This document shows positions 36,979-45,472 of a stretch of DNA of 64,000 nucleotides, piece by piece. A model generated the notes under the pieces. It saw only the letters and a list, made by a program, of their open reading frames with translations, ran no database searches and was not told the origin of the DNA. Within the stretch, counting starts at the first letter, position 1. Each line of letters begins with the position of its first letter. Source of the DNA: an uncultured Woeseiaceae bacterium (GTDB lineage Bacteria; Pseudomonadota; Gammaproteobacteria; Steroidobacterales; Woeseiaceae); the NCBI GenBank assembly GCA_964386735.1, contig CAYLTW010000003.1, positions 6,919-70,918 of the forward strand. The letters run 5' to 3'. The translations under genes were made by a program, and so were the position numbers.

Positions 36979-37761
36979 TTGGCTGAATTTCGCTTACCCC
37001 CGAATTCGCGCATCCAGAAGGGCGAGCACCATGCCGCACCGGATGGCGCGAGCAATGTGCGGCGGTTCGCCGTGTACCGCTACGACCCGTCGACGGGCAA
37101 AAACCCGCGGGTCGATACCTACGACGTCGACCTTGATAGCTGTGGTCCGATGGTTCTGGATGCGCTTATCAAGATCAAGAGTGACATCGATTCGACGCTG
37201 ACTTTCCGTCGCTCCTGCCGCGAGGGCATCTGCGGCTCTTGCGCCATGAATATCAACGGCAGTAATACGCTGGCGTGTACACAGGCTATCGACGGGCTCG
37301 GGCGGGACGTCAAAATCTATCCTTTGCCACACTTGTCGGTCGTCAAGGATCTCGTGCCGGACCTTGGCAATTTCTACGCGCAATACGCGTCGATCAAGCC
37401 CTGGTTACAGACACGTACTCCACCACCGCCCGATCGTGAGCGTCTGCAGAGCGTGGAAGATCAGGAACTCATCAACGAACCAGCCGCCTGTATTTTGTGC
37501 GCCTGCTGTTCCACGAGTTGTCCGAGCTACTGGTGGAACAGCGATCGTTACCTGGGACCGGCCGCGTTGTTGGCAGCCTACCGATGGCTGGTCGATAGTC
37601 GCGACGACGCCACGGGCGAACGCCTCGATGAACTTGAGGATCCGTTCCGGCTGTACCGCTGCCACACGATCATGAATTGCACGCAGACCTGCCCGAAGGG
37701 TCTCAACCCGGCTAAGGCCATAGCCGAGACCAAGCGCATGCTCGTGGAACGGCGGCATTGA
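36979..37761 (+). CDS. sdhB: Succinate dehydrogenase iron-sulfur subunit
   Basis: 260 aa. Cys clusters [27 protein letters not shown] and [13 protein letters not shown]. Confidence 0.95.
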   Translation: MAEFRLPPNSRIQKGEHHAAPDGASNVRRFAVYRYDPSTGKNPRVDTYDVDLDSCGPMVLDALIKIKSDIDSTLTFRRSCREGICGSCAMNINGSNTLACTQAIDGLGRDVKIYPLPHLSVVKDLVPDLGNFYAQYASIKPWLQTRTPPPPDRERLQSVEDQELINEPAACILCACCSTSCPSYWWNSDRYLGPAALLAAYRWLVDSRDDATGERLDELEDPFRLYRCHTIMNCTQTCPKGLNPAKAIAETKRMLVERRH

Positions 37762-37773
37762 CCAGAGCCTGTG

Positions 37774-37862
37774 GTTCGGGCGTGGATGGGGTGCTGTTCA
37801 CCGTCATGGCTCGCTTCGCTGCGCTTTATTGCCGATGAACAGCACCCCATCCACGCCCGAAC
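37774..37862. repeat. Perfect 27-bp inverted repeat hairpin (hairpin element copy 2)
   Basis: 37774-37800 (gttcgggcgtggatggggtgctgttca) is the exact reverse complement of 37836-37862. The 35-nt loop contains the 25-nt core atggctcgcttcgctgcgctttatt (37806-37830), which is shared in inverted orientation with 22993-23017. Confidence 0.85.
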
Positions 37863-38101
37863 AATACTCGAGATTGAGGTGGCAGTGCCGGCGAGGCATG
37901 CGCGAGCTGGATGAGCTGCTAGCTGCCTATCTCGACGGTTCTTACGTGCAGGCTGGCGACGATGAAAAAGACGCGTTTGAGGCACTTTTGGAGCTTCCCG
38001 ATCCTGAACTTGTAGGTTACCTGTTGAATCTCAAACAGCCTTCCTCCGAGCGTATCGGCAATGTCGTCAACCACATACTCGGCCGAGATTCGAGCGAATA
38101 G
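37835..38101 (+). CDS. sdhE: FAD assembly factor SdhE (YgfY/CptB)
   Basis: RLRWQCRRGMRELDELL carries the RGxxE motif of SdhE. About 88 aa. Possible starts are ATG 37835, TTG 37829 or TTG 37874. Downstream of sdhB and upstream of ygfX. Confidence 0.85.
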   Translation: MNSTPSTPEQYSRLRWQCRRGMRELDELLAAYLDGSYVQAGDDEKDAFEALLELPDPELVGYLLNLKQPSSERIGNVVNHILGRDSSE

Positions 38102-38495
38102 TCGGCTGCGCCGGCTCGTTGTGCTCACCGGGCTGGCTTCGGCGCTGATCGGTGTGCTCGTTATTATTTTGTTGCCGATTTCGGCATCGGTCCGGGCAAT
38201 TGTCGTCACCGGCTGGTCTTGCTGGTGCGGAGGAGAATTGCTGACATACTGGCGGGCCTATGACCGTTGGTCTGGCTTCCGGGTGTACGCAGACGGAACT
38301 ACAGAGCTGTTTGGCGCCGGCGAATGCCGAGCGGCGCGCATCGTGGCCGGCAGCATTGTGCTGGCGGAAGTGGCCTGGGTTCGAGTTCAGATCGAAAACG
38401 GTGATTGCTGGGGAGAGCTGGTGGCCGGAAAGCATCGCCAATGCGAGGAGTGGCGCCGTTTTCAAGTCATATTTCGTCACCGGAACACATGCTAA
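38061..38495 (+). CDS. ygfX: YgfX/CptA-like inner membrane protein (DUF1434)
   Basis: 144 aa. Two N-terminal TM helices followed by a Trp-rich soluble part. Immediately follows and overlaps sdhE, as ygfY-ygfX does in E. coli. The call rests mostly on context and topology. Confidence 0.6.
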   Translation: MSSTTYSAEIRANSRLRRLVVLTGLASALIGVLVIILLPISASVRAIVVTGWSCWCGGELLTYWRAYDRWSGFRVYADGTTELFGAGECRAARIVAGSIVLAEVAWVRVQIENGDCWGELVAGKHRQCEEWRRFQVIFRHRNTC

Positions 38496-38594
38496 TATTC
38501 GCTCGGCCCGACGATCGGCGTGAGATCCGACATCGCAGCGGACGGGGGCGCAGGATCGGTATCGCAAGAAATAATGAGAACAGCTGATTTCATA

Positions 38595-38621
38595 GAACTT
38601 TTAGGCACTTGCCCGGTCTAT
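38595..38621 (+). promoter_or_regulatory. Putative sigma-E (AlgU/RpoE)-dependent autoregulatory promoter
   Basis: GAACTT (38595-38600), a 16-nt spacer, then TCTAT (38617-38621), about 47 nt upstream of the rpoE ATG. Fits the GAACTT-N16/17-TCnnA consensus. Confidence 0.5.
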
Positions 38622-38667
38622 TTCGGCATCGAGCGGCTGTGTCGCAAGTTCCGCTGGACGCGTTAGC

Positions 38668-39246
38668 ATGTCGAGTGAGCCGACGGACGCGAAGCTCGTC
38701 AAGCGGGTACAGAAAGGCGACAAAGGTGCGTTTGATTTGCTGGTACTCAAATACCAGCACAAGATTGTTAACCTTGTAATGCGATATGTACGTGATCCCG
38801 AGCAAGCACTGGACATTACGCAGGAAGCCTTTATTAAGGCCTACCGGGCATTGCCGAGGTTTCGCGGTGACAGCGCGTTTTACACGTGGTTGTACAGGAT
38901 CGCCGTGAATACCGCGAAGAATTATCTCGCGGCCCAGCGGCGCCGGCCAATGGACATTGAACTGGATTTGCAGGACCCGGAGCAATACGAGCTGCATGCG
39001 AAGCTGAAGGAGACCGACACGCCCGAGGGCGTTGCCATGAGCCGGGAGTTGCAGGAAACGGTTGAGAAGGCCATCCAGGGTCTTCCCGATGATTTGCGAA
39101 CAGCAATTATCCTGAGGGAACTGGACGGCATGAGTTACGAGGAGATCGCGGAGACAATGGAATGCCCGGTGGGCACTGTGCGGTCACGAATTTTCAGGGC
39201 ACGCGACGCGATCGCGAAAAAGGTCGGTACCCTGATTGGTTATTGA
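38668..39246 (+). CDS. rpoE: ECF sigma factor RpoE/AlgU (sigma-24)
   Basis: 192 aa. LVKRVQKGDKGAFDLLVLKYQHKIVNLV...TWLYRIAVNTAKNYL...REL DGMSYEEIAETMECPVGTVRSRIFRAR is close to the RpoE/AlgU pattern. Confidence 0.93.
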   Translation: MSSEPTDAKLVKRVQKGDKGAFDLLVLKYQHKIVNLVMRYVRDPEQALDITQEAFIKAYRALPRFRGDSAFYTWLYRIAVNTAKNYLAAQRRRPMDIELDLQDPEQYELHAKLKETDTPEGVAMSRELQETVEKAIQGLPDDLRTAIILRELDGMSYEEIAETMECPVGTVRSRIFRARDAIAKKVGTLIGY

Positions 39247-39285
39247 GACAATATTTTTTCGGGCGGAGCCCGGGTGTGGTGGTGT

Positions 39286-39906
39286 ATGAACGAAGCAATA
39301 AGAATGCAGCTGTCTGCTTTTGTTGATGGGGAACTCCCCGAGACAGAAGCTGAACTGTTGCTGCGAAGGCTGAGCCAGGATGCTGAACTACGTCAGCAGG
39401 TAGCTGAATTCATGGCGATCGGTCGCGCAATACGAGGTGATGTGCAGGTAACCGGCATCGACAATCTTCGAGGTCGAATCGCTGGCGCGCTCGATGTAAC
39501 ACCGGAGATTGACGAACTCGCCGAAGATTCGCCTGTCGATAGCCGATTTGTCAGGCCGCTGTTCGGTTTTGCGATAGCTGCGACCGTGGCGCTGGTTGCG
39601 ATTTTCGGTTTGCGCCAGATGTCTGTTGTCGAGGGAGTTGGAGTTGATGCGCAGGGATCACAATTTGCTGATGTTTATGAAGCTTCAAGTTATACCCAGA
39701 AGCAGCCGGAAGATGTTCTGGAAGATGAACTGCTACGCGAGATGCGCCGAATGCACGACGCGTCGATCTCGGATCCGAGAATCAAAACCAGGCTGACCTC
39801 AGTCGAAATCAGCCAGGAACTTGTGGAACAGGAGCTCGTAGATGAAAAACTCATTGACGAGGAATTGGCTGACAAATCCCCGGTGAATGACGCAGCGGTC
39901 GAGTGA
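39286..39906 (+). CDS. rseA: Anti-sigma-E factor (RseA/MucA-like)
   Basis: N-terminal anti-sigma domain QLSAFVDGELPETEAELLLRRL, a central TM segment (LFGFAIAATVALVAIFGL) and an acidic periplasmic tail. Position after rpoE. Confidence 0.8.
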   Translation: MNEAIRMQLSAFVDGELPETEAELLLRRLSQDAELRQQVAEFMAIGRAIRGDVQVTGIDNLRGRIAGALDVTPEIDELAEDSPVDSRFVRPLFGFAIAATVALVAIFGLRQMSVVEGVGVDAQGSQFADVYEASSYTQKQPEDVLEDELLREMRRMHDASISDPRIKTRLTSVEISQELVEQELVDEKLIDEELADKSPVNDAAVE

Positions 39907-40877
39907 TCCCAATTACCACCAGACGCTCCGCGGAAATGCTCGTCGCATTTTTCGGCGCGATTCTGATTGCCCCCCTGAGTCTGGCCGCAGACAGCGATCC
40001 GAGCCGGTGGTTGACACGCATGACCGGTGCGGTCGAATCGATCAGCTATGAGGGTACGGTCATTCGTATATCGAATGGCAAGGCTGAGGCATTGAAGGTT
40101 GTGCACACCATCGTCGATGGTGTCGTGCGCGAAAAGCTTGTCTCGCAGGAAGGCGATGGCCTCGAGATCATTCGCAATGGCAATGAGGTTCACTGTATTT
40201 TGCCGGATCGCAAGTCCGTGCTGGTGGAGGAGTGGAACGATCAGAGCACGCTTTTTTCAACGTTGCCGTCCAGCGATATACGATTTGGCAATGAGTATGA
40301 CGTTGTTATTGTTCGTGAAGATCGCGTAGCCGGCCACAAAACCGTCCTCATCGCTATCCGCCCGCATGACGAATTTCGATTTGGCCATCGAATCTGGCTT
40401 GATCTCGACACGGCTTTTCCCCTGCAAGCCCATTTAATTGGCGGGGATGGCTCGGCGCTTGAGCAGGTAAAATTCGCGGACATCACTCTGAACAAGGAAA
40501 TTCTGGCGAGTGACCTTGCGCCGTCGTACAGTACCGCTAACTTCAAATGGTACAACCAGCCACGCCGCAAAGAGTCAACCATCGTGGAATCAACATGGGT
40601 AAGCGACGATCTTCCGGCCGGATTCAGGGTCATCGAGACGCACGAGGAAAACCTGCCTGGCAGTGAGGAAACTGTCGCGCACATTCTGTTCAGTGACGGG
40701 CTAGCCAGTGTGTCGGTATTTGTCGCAGCGCACGACGGCAAAAAATTTGCTGAAAAGTCAAAAATTGGCGCGTCAAACTCGTTTTCGATTGTCGTCGACA
40801 ATCACCGGGTGACCGCCGTCGGCGAAGTACCAGCAAAGACGGTCGAGCGAATAGCGACTTCGACTCGTTTACGCTAG
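39903..40877 (+). CDS. rseB: Sigma-E regulatory protein RseB/MucB
   Basis: 324 aa. Signal peptide and MucB_RseB-like sequence (WLTRMTGAVESISYEGTVIR...). The GTG start overlaps the rseA stop. Confidence 0.85.
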   Translation: MIPITTRRSAEMLVAFFGAILIAPLSLAADSDPSRWLTRMTGAVESISYEGTVIRISNGKAEALKVVHTIVDGVVREKLVSQEGDGLEIIRNGNEVHCILPDRKSVLVEEWNDQSTLFSTLPSSDIRFGNEYDVVIVREDRVAGHKTVLIAIRPHDEFRFGHRIWLDLDTAFPLQAHLIGGDGSALEQVKFADITLNKEILASDLAPSYSTANFKWYNQPRRKESTIVESTWVSDDLPAGFRVIETHEENLPGSEETVAHILFSDGLASVSVFVAAHDGKKFAEKSKIGASNSFSIVVDNHRVTAVGEVPAKTVERIATSTRLR

Positions 40878-40945
40878 CCGGCGGCCGAAACATCGGCGAT
40901 GCCCCAGTCATCTTTAGGGGCGAAATCCCGTACAATTCTTTCCGT

Positions 40946-41410
40946 ATGACGGTCATCGAAATTCCCAGGGCTAAGGTAATTGAAATCGTGCGTGAGCAAG
41001 GCGGTGCGCGCGCGATCGTCGACGTTGACGCTGGTACATTCTGCCGGCGCTGCGCCGAAGGCAAGGGTTGCGGTGCAGGAATTTTTGGTAATTCTGCGTC
41101 GATGCGTCGCGTCGAGGCATCGCTGCCAGCCGGGCTCGATGTGTCTGAAGGCGATATCGTCAGTCTGTCGCTCGGTTCACGCAGCTTATTGCAGGCTGCG
41201 ACGATTGTGTACGGCTGGCCGCTCCTGGGAACGGCCGCTGGCGCGTTATTGGCCTACGTCGCCGATTTGAGTGACCCAGGCGCTGCCGTGAGTGCCCTGG
41301 CCGGCCTGGGCGCCGGTGTCGTACTGGCCCGGATTCGGCTCGGCAACAGACATTGCCTGACGCGCTTTACCCCGACAATCAATCGCCTGGCAGGCCATTC
41401 CGGAGCCTGA
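40946..41410 (+). CDS. rseC: Sigma-E positive regulator RseC/MucC (SoxR-reducing system component)
   Basis: 154 aa. N-terminal Cys motif CRRCAEGKGCGAG followed by two TM helices. Confidence 0.82.
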   Translation: MTVIEIPRAKVIEIVREQGGARAIVDVDAGTFCRRCAEGKGCGAGIFGNSASMRRVEASLPAGLDVSEGDIVSLSLGSRSLLQAATIVYGWPLLGTAAGALLAYVADLSDPGAAVSALAGLGAGVVLARIRLGNRHCLTRFTPTINRLAGHSGA

Positions 41411-41659
41411 ATGCCGCATCTGGACGTTTACAGCCGCGAAGGGTGCCACCAGTGCGACGTTCTGATCAAGGAGCTGCAGGTCTTGCTTCAGGGCCGGGTG
41501 AACATAGAGATACACGATGTCGATACACGGGAAGAGTGGTGGCGAAGCTATGACGAGCGCGTGCCGGTTGTCGAACTGGCCGGGGTTGTGTTGTGCGAAT
41601 TTTCGCTCGATCGGCGGCGGATTCTGGACGCGCTTTCTGACCTCGCGATAGAGGAATAA
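41411..41659 (+). CDS. Glutaredoxin-like small thioredoxin-fold protein (DUF836-like)
   Basis: 82 aa. [13 protein letters not shown] is a CxxC motif near the N-terminus. The start directly abuts the rseC stop. Confidence 0.7.
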   Translation: MPHLDVYSREGCHQCDVLIKELQVLLQGRVNIEIHDVDTREEWWRSYDERVPVVELAGVVLCEFSLDRRRILDALSDLAIEE

Positions 41660-41697
41660 ATCGGTATACTTCGCCGGTTCCCGAGTCTCACCTACCC

Positions 41698-43488
41698 ATG
41701 AAGAACATACGCAACTTCTCAATTATTGCCCATATTGATCACGGCAAGTCGACACTGGCTGATCGCTTCATACAGCATTGCGGCGGACTTGCAGATCGAG
41801 AAATGGCGGAGCAGGTACTCGATTCAATGGACCTGGAGCGCGAGCGTGGCATCACGATCAAGGCGCAGAGCGTTTCGCTGAACTACCAGGCGCAGGACGG
41901 CGAGGTGTACCAGCTCAACTTCATCGACACGCCGGGACATGTCGATTTTTCCTACGAGGTTTCGCGATCGCTTGCGGCTTGCGAAGGTGCCTTGCTGGTG
42001 GTTGATGCCGCGCAGGGCGTTGAGGCGCAAAGCGTCGCGAATTGTGCGACCGCGATCGATCAGGGTCTCGAAGTGCTACCGGTTCTGAATAAGATCGATT
42101 TGCCGGCCGCCGAGCCGGAACAGGCAATTGCCGAGATCGAAGACGTCATCGGCATAGACGCCCAGGATGCAGTTCGGGTCAGCGCCAAAACAGGCACTGG
42201 CGTGCCGGATTTGCTGGAAGCAATCGTTAAGCATATTCCTGCCCCTGAAGGTGACCCGGATGCTCCGCTTCAGGCGTTGATTATTGACTCGTGGTTCGAC
42301 AACTATGTTGGTGTCGTATCGCTGGTACGAGTCATGAACGGCAGTCTTGCAAAGGGGGAGAAGTTCACGGTTATGTCAACCGGTGATACCTACACTTCAG
42401 ACCGCGTTGGCAGTTTTACACCAAAGATGGAGGACCGCAGCGCACTCAAGACCGGCGAGGTAGGGTTCGTTATCGCCGCGATCAAGGACATCTATGGTGC
42501 ACCGGTTGGCGACACTCTGACGTCGACTCGGCAGCCCTGTAAGGAGCCGCTGCAGGGATTCAAGCAGGTGCAGCCAAGAGTTTTTGCCGGCCTGTTCCCG
42601 ATAAGTTCGGACGACTACGAGAATTTTCGCGAGGCGCTGCAAAAACTTCGGCTGAACGACGCAGCTCTGCATTTCGAGCCGGAATCATCGGCGGCGCTCG
42701 GCTTCGGATTCCGTTGCGGTTTTCTCGGCATGCTGCATATGGAGATCGTGCAAGAGCGGCTCGAGCGCGAATATGATCTCGAACTGATATCGACCGCACC
42801 GACCGTGATATTTGAAGTTGTCGACAATTCAGGGAACGAGATGCTTGTTGATAACCCATCGAAGCTTCCGCCGCCGAATGAGATTGCGGAATTGCGTGAA
42901 CCCATCATCACCGCCAATATTCTTGTCCCAGAACGTCATGTCGGCAGTGTGATGAAGCTTTGTATCGAGAAACGCGGTGTGCAAAAACATATCCGCTACC
43001 TGGGTAAGCAGGTGTCGCTCGAGTATGAGATTCCCCTGGCTGAGGTCGTTCTCGATTTTTTTGATCGCCTCAAGTCAGTTAGCAGGGGGTTTGCGTCATT
43101 CGATTATCACTTCGAACGATTTGAACCGGCGCAACTGGTTCGACTTGATGTTCTGATCAACAAGGAGCGCGTCGACGCATTATCGATCATTGTGCATCGC
43201 GATAACGCGAATCGGCGTGGACGGGACCTGGTCGACCGGATGCGGAAATTGATTCCGCGACAAATGTTTGATGTCGCCATTCAGGCGGCGATCGGGGGGC
43301 AAATCATAGCGCGAAGCAATGTCAAAGCGTTGCGCAAGAACGTCACGGCAAAATGTTATGGCGGTGACATCTCCCGAAAACGTAAACTGTTAGAGAAGCA
43401 GAAAGCCGGCAAGCGTCGCATGAAGCAGGTCGGGTCCGTTGAAATTCCGCAGGAAGCGTTTCTAGCTGTTCTGCGTGTAGATAAGTGA
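41698..43488 (+). CDS. lepA: Translation elongation factor 4 (LepA)
   Basis: 596 aa. [33 protein letters not shown] GTPase motifs and a LepA C-terminal domain. Confidence 0.96.
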   Translation: MKNIRNFSIIAHIDHGKSTLADRFIQHCGGLADREMAEQVLDSMDLERERGITIKAQSVSLNYQAQDGEVYQLNFIDTPGHVDFSYEVSRSLAACEGALLVVDAAQGVEAQSVANCATAIDQGLEVLPVLNKIDLPAAEPEQAIAEIEDVIGIDAQDAVRVSAKTGTGVPDLLEAIVKHIPAPEGDPDAPLQALIIDSWFDNYVGVVSLVRVMNGSLAKGEKFTVMSTGDTYTSDRVGSFTPKMEDRSALKTGEVGFVIAAIKDIYGAPVGDTLTSTRQPCKEPLQGFKQVQPRVFAGLFPISSDDYENFREALQKLRLNDAALHFEPESSAALGFGFRCGFLGMLHMEIVQERLEREYDLELISTAPTVIFEVVDNSGNEMLVDNPSKLPPPNEIAELREPIITANILVPERHVGSVMKLCIEKRGVQKHIRYLGKQVSLEYEIPLAEVVLDFFDRLKSVSRGFASFDYHFERFEPAQLVRLDVLINKERVDALSIIVHRDNANRRGRDLVDRMRKLIPRQMFDVAIQAAIGGQIIARSNVKALRKNVTAKCYGGDISRKRKLLEKQKAGKRRMKQVGSVEIPQEAFLAVLRVDK

Positions 43489-43495
43489 GGCTATT

Positions 43496-44251
43496 TTGAG
43501 TTTCAATCTTGCATTAATACTGACCGTGTTGACTGCGTTCACCGGTTTGATTGTGGCGATTAACAAGTTCGTGTGGCAGCGAGCTGATCGTTGGAAGGAC
43601 GCGCCGGCTGGTCGGCATACGCTGGTCGAATATTCGCAATCGTTTTTCCCGGTGTTGTTATTTGTACTTGTCATTCGATCTTTTGTCTTCGAGCCATTTC
43701 GCATTCCGTCCGGTTCGATGGAACCAACCTTGCTGCAGGGCGATTTTATTTTCGTCAAGAAATATTCCTACGGGTTGCGCCTTCCCGTGATCGATACCAA
43801 AATCATCGAGACGGGCGAGCCAAAGCGTGGCGACGTTGTGGTGTTTCGTTTGCCAAGCGACCCAAGCATCAACTACATCAAGCGTGTCGTCGGTCTGCCT
43901 GGTGACGAGCTTACTTACCAGGACCACCGCCTGACGATCAACGGCCGGACAATGTCACTCGAGCCAGCCGTCGATCCGAACTCGCGACAGCAAACTTTGC
44001 ACTCGGAGCAACTTGATGAACGACTACATAAAATCAAGGTCTTGTTGCCGCAATCGAACAAGGATGGAACCTGGAAAGTGCCGGAAGGTCATTACTTCAT
44101 GATGGGTGACAACCGTGACAACAGCACCGACAGTCGCTTTATCGACGCCATTCCGGAGGGCAACCTGGTCGGCGAGGCAGTACGAATCTGGTTGCATCTG
44201 GACGGCCTCACCTGGCCGGATTGGAGCCGCATGGGCACGAAGATTCAATAA
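43496..44251 (+). CDS. lepB: Signal peptidase I
   Basis: 251 aa. IPSGSMEPTL (catalytic Ser), KRVVGLPGD (Lys) and GDNRDNSTDSR boxes. Confidence 0.94.
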   Translation: MSFNLALILTVLTAFTGLIVAINKFVWQRADRWKDAPAGRHTLVEYSQSFFPVLLFVLVIRSFVFEPFRIPSGSMEPTLLQGDFIFVKKYSYGLRLPVIDTKIIETGEPKRGDVVVFRLPSDPSINYIKRVVGLPGDELTYQDHRLTINGRTMSLEPAVDPNSRQQTLHSEQLDERLHKIKVLLPQSNKDGTWKVPEGHYFMMGDNRDNSTDSRFIDAIPEGNLVGEAVRIWLHLDGLTWPDWSRMGTKIQ

Positions 44252-44347
44252 TGTGGTGCCAGTCACTGAATTGGCCGTTAGAATCAGTCAGGCTGTGATA
44301 TGCGGCGCAAATTTTGTTCGTCGCGGGCGATTGCGGAGATTCCGGCA

Positions 44348-44740
44348 ATGAACGGCAAGATCAATGGTCTGACAGACAGGAAACGCCAGGCGGGCATGAC
44401 GACGCTTGGTATTATTGTCCTGTTGCTGTTTGTCGGCCTGTTTGCATTCGCGTTTCTTCGTTTGACACCCGTGTATCTGAACTACATGAAGATCGTGGGC
44501 GTCGTCGATGGTGTGCGGGAAGAATTCGATGGCCAGGGACCGACCAGTGCCGCGATAAGGCGCTCGCTCCGACGCCGATTCGATGTCGAAAGCGTGGGCA
44601 TAATTACGCCTCGTGACGTAAAAGTGACCTCGGTCGATGGTGGTTTGCAGGTAAGCGCCGTCTATGACCACACAGCACCATTTATTTCCAATATTTCATT
44701 CACGGTGCATTTCGACAAGACTGTCGTCGTACGCCGCTAA
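44348..44740 (+). CDS. DUF4845-family membrane-anchored protein
   Basis: About 130 aa from ATG 44348. One N-terminal TM helix (GIIVLLLFVGLFAFAFL), then LTPVYLNYMK... Lies in the typical lepB-rnc intergenic position. Confidence 0.7.
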   Translation: MNGKINGLTDRKRQAGMTTLGIIVLLLFVGLFAFAFLRLTPVYLNYMKIVGVVDGVREEFDGQGPTSAAIRRSLRRRFDVESVGIITPRDVKVTSVDGGLQVSAVYDHTAPFISNISFTVHFDKTVVVRR

Positions 44741-44788
44741 CTAATAAAGCGTCCGACCAGCAAGGGCGCAAGAAAACGAGCGATCACC

Positions 44789-45472
44789 TTGGACAAGGCT
44801 TTAAGCTGGCTCGCCAACACGCTGGACTATCAGTTCAACGCACAGCAGCTATTCGTACAGGCATTAACTCACCGTAGCTCCCCTGGCGCGAGTAATGAGC
44901 GCCTTGAATTTCTGGGCGACGCCGTTCTGGATTTTGTTGTGTCAGAGGCTGTATACAAGTCCTTGCCCGACGCCGATGAAGGCGACCTGAGTCGCCTGCG
45001 CGCGTCATTGGTCAAGGATACGTCTCTTGCAAAACTTGCCTCCGAGCTCGGCCTCGGTGAACATTTGATCTTGGGCAGCGGTGAGCGCAAATCGGGCGGG
45101 CATCGACGCGATTCGATTCTTGCGGATGCGCTTGAGGCTCTGTTCGGCGCGGTTTTTCTGGACGCCGGCTACGACGCGTCGCGACAATTCATCGGGAGGG
45201 CATTTGGCGATCGCCTCCTGGATCTGCCGGATCCCCGCGAGCTTCGTGATCCCAAGAGCCGGCTGCAGGAGTGGCTGCAGGCACGGCAAATGGGCCTGCC
45301 TGAGTACGATCTCGTCAACACCTCCGGCGAAGCCCATCGGCAGCAGTTCGAAATACGGTGTACGGTCAATGGCGCAAAATCCACGACCAGTGGCAATGGT
45401 TCGTCCCGGCGGAGCGCTGAGCAACAGTCGGCAAGACGTATGCTGGCGATCCTGACCGAGCCGGAAGGATGA
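44789..45472 (+). CDS. rnc: Ribonuclease III
   Basis: 227 aa with a TTG start. NERLEFLGDAVLDFVV is the RNase III signature. C-terminal dsRBD. Confidence 0.94.
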   Translation: MDKALSWLANTLDYQFNAQQLFVQALTHRSSPGASNERLEFLGDAVLDFVVSEAVYKSLPDADEGDLSRLRASLVKDTSLAKLASELGLGEHLILGSGERKSGGHRRDSILADALEALFGAVFLDAGYDASRQFIGRAFGDRLLDLPDPRELRDPKSRLQEWLQARQMGLPEYDLVNTSGEAHRQQFEIRCTVNGAKSTTSGNGSSRRSAEQQSARRMLAILTEPEG

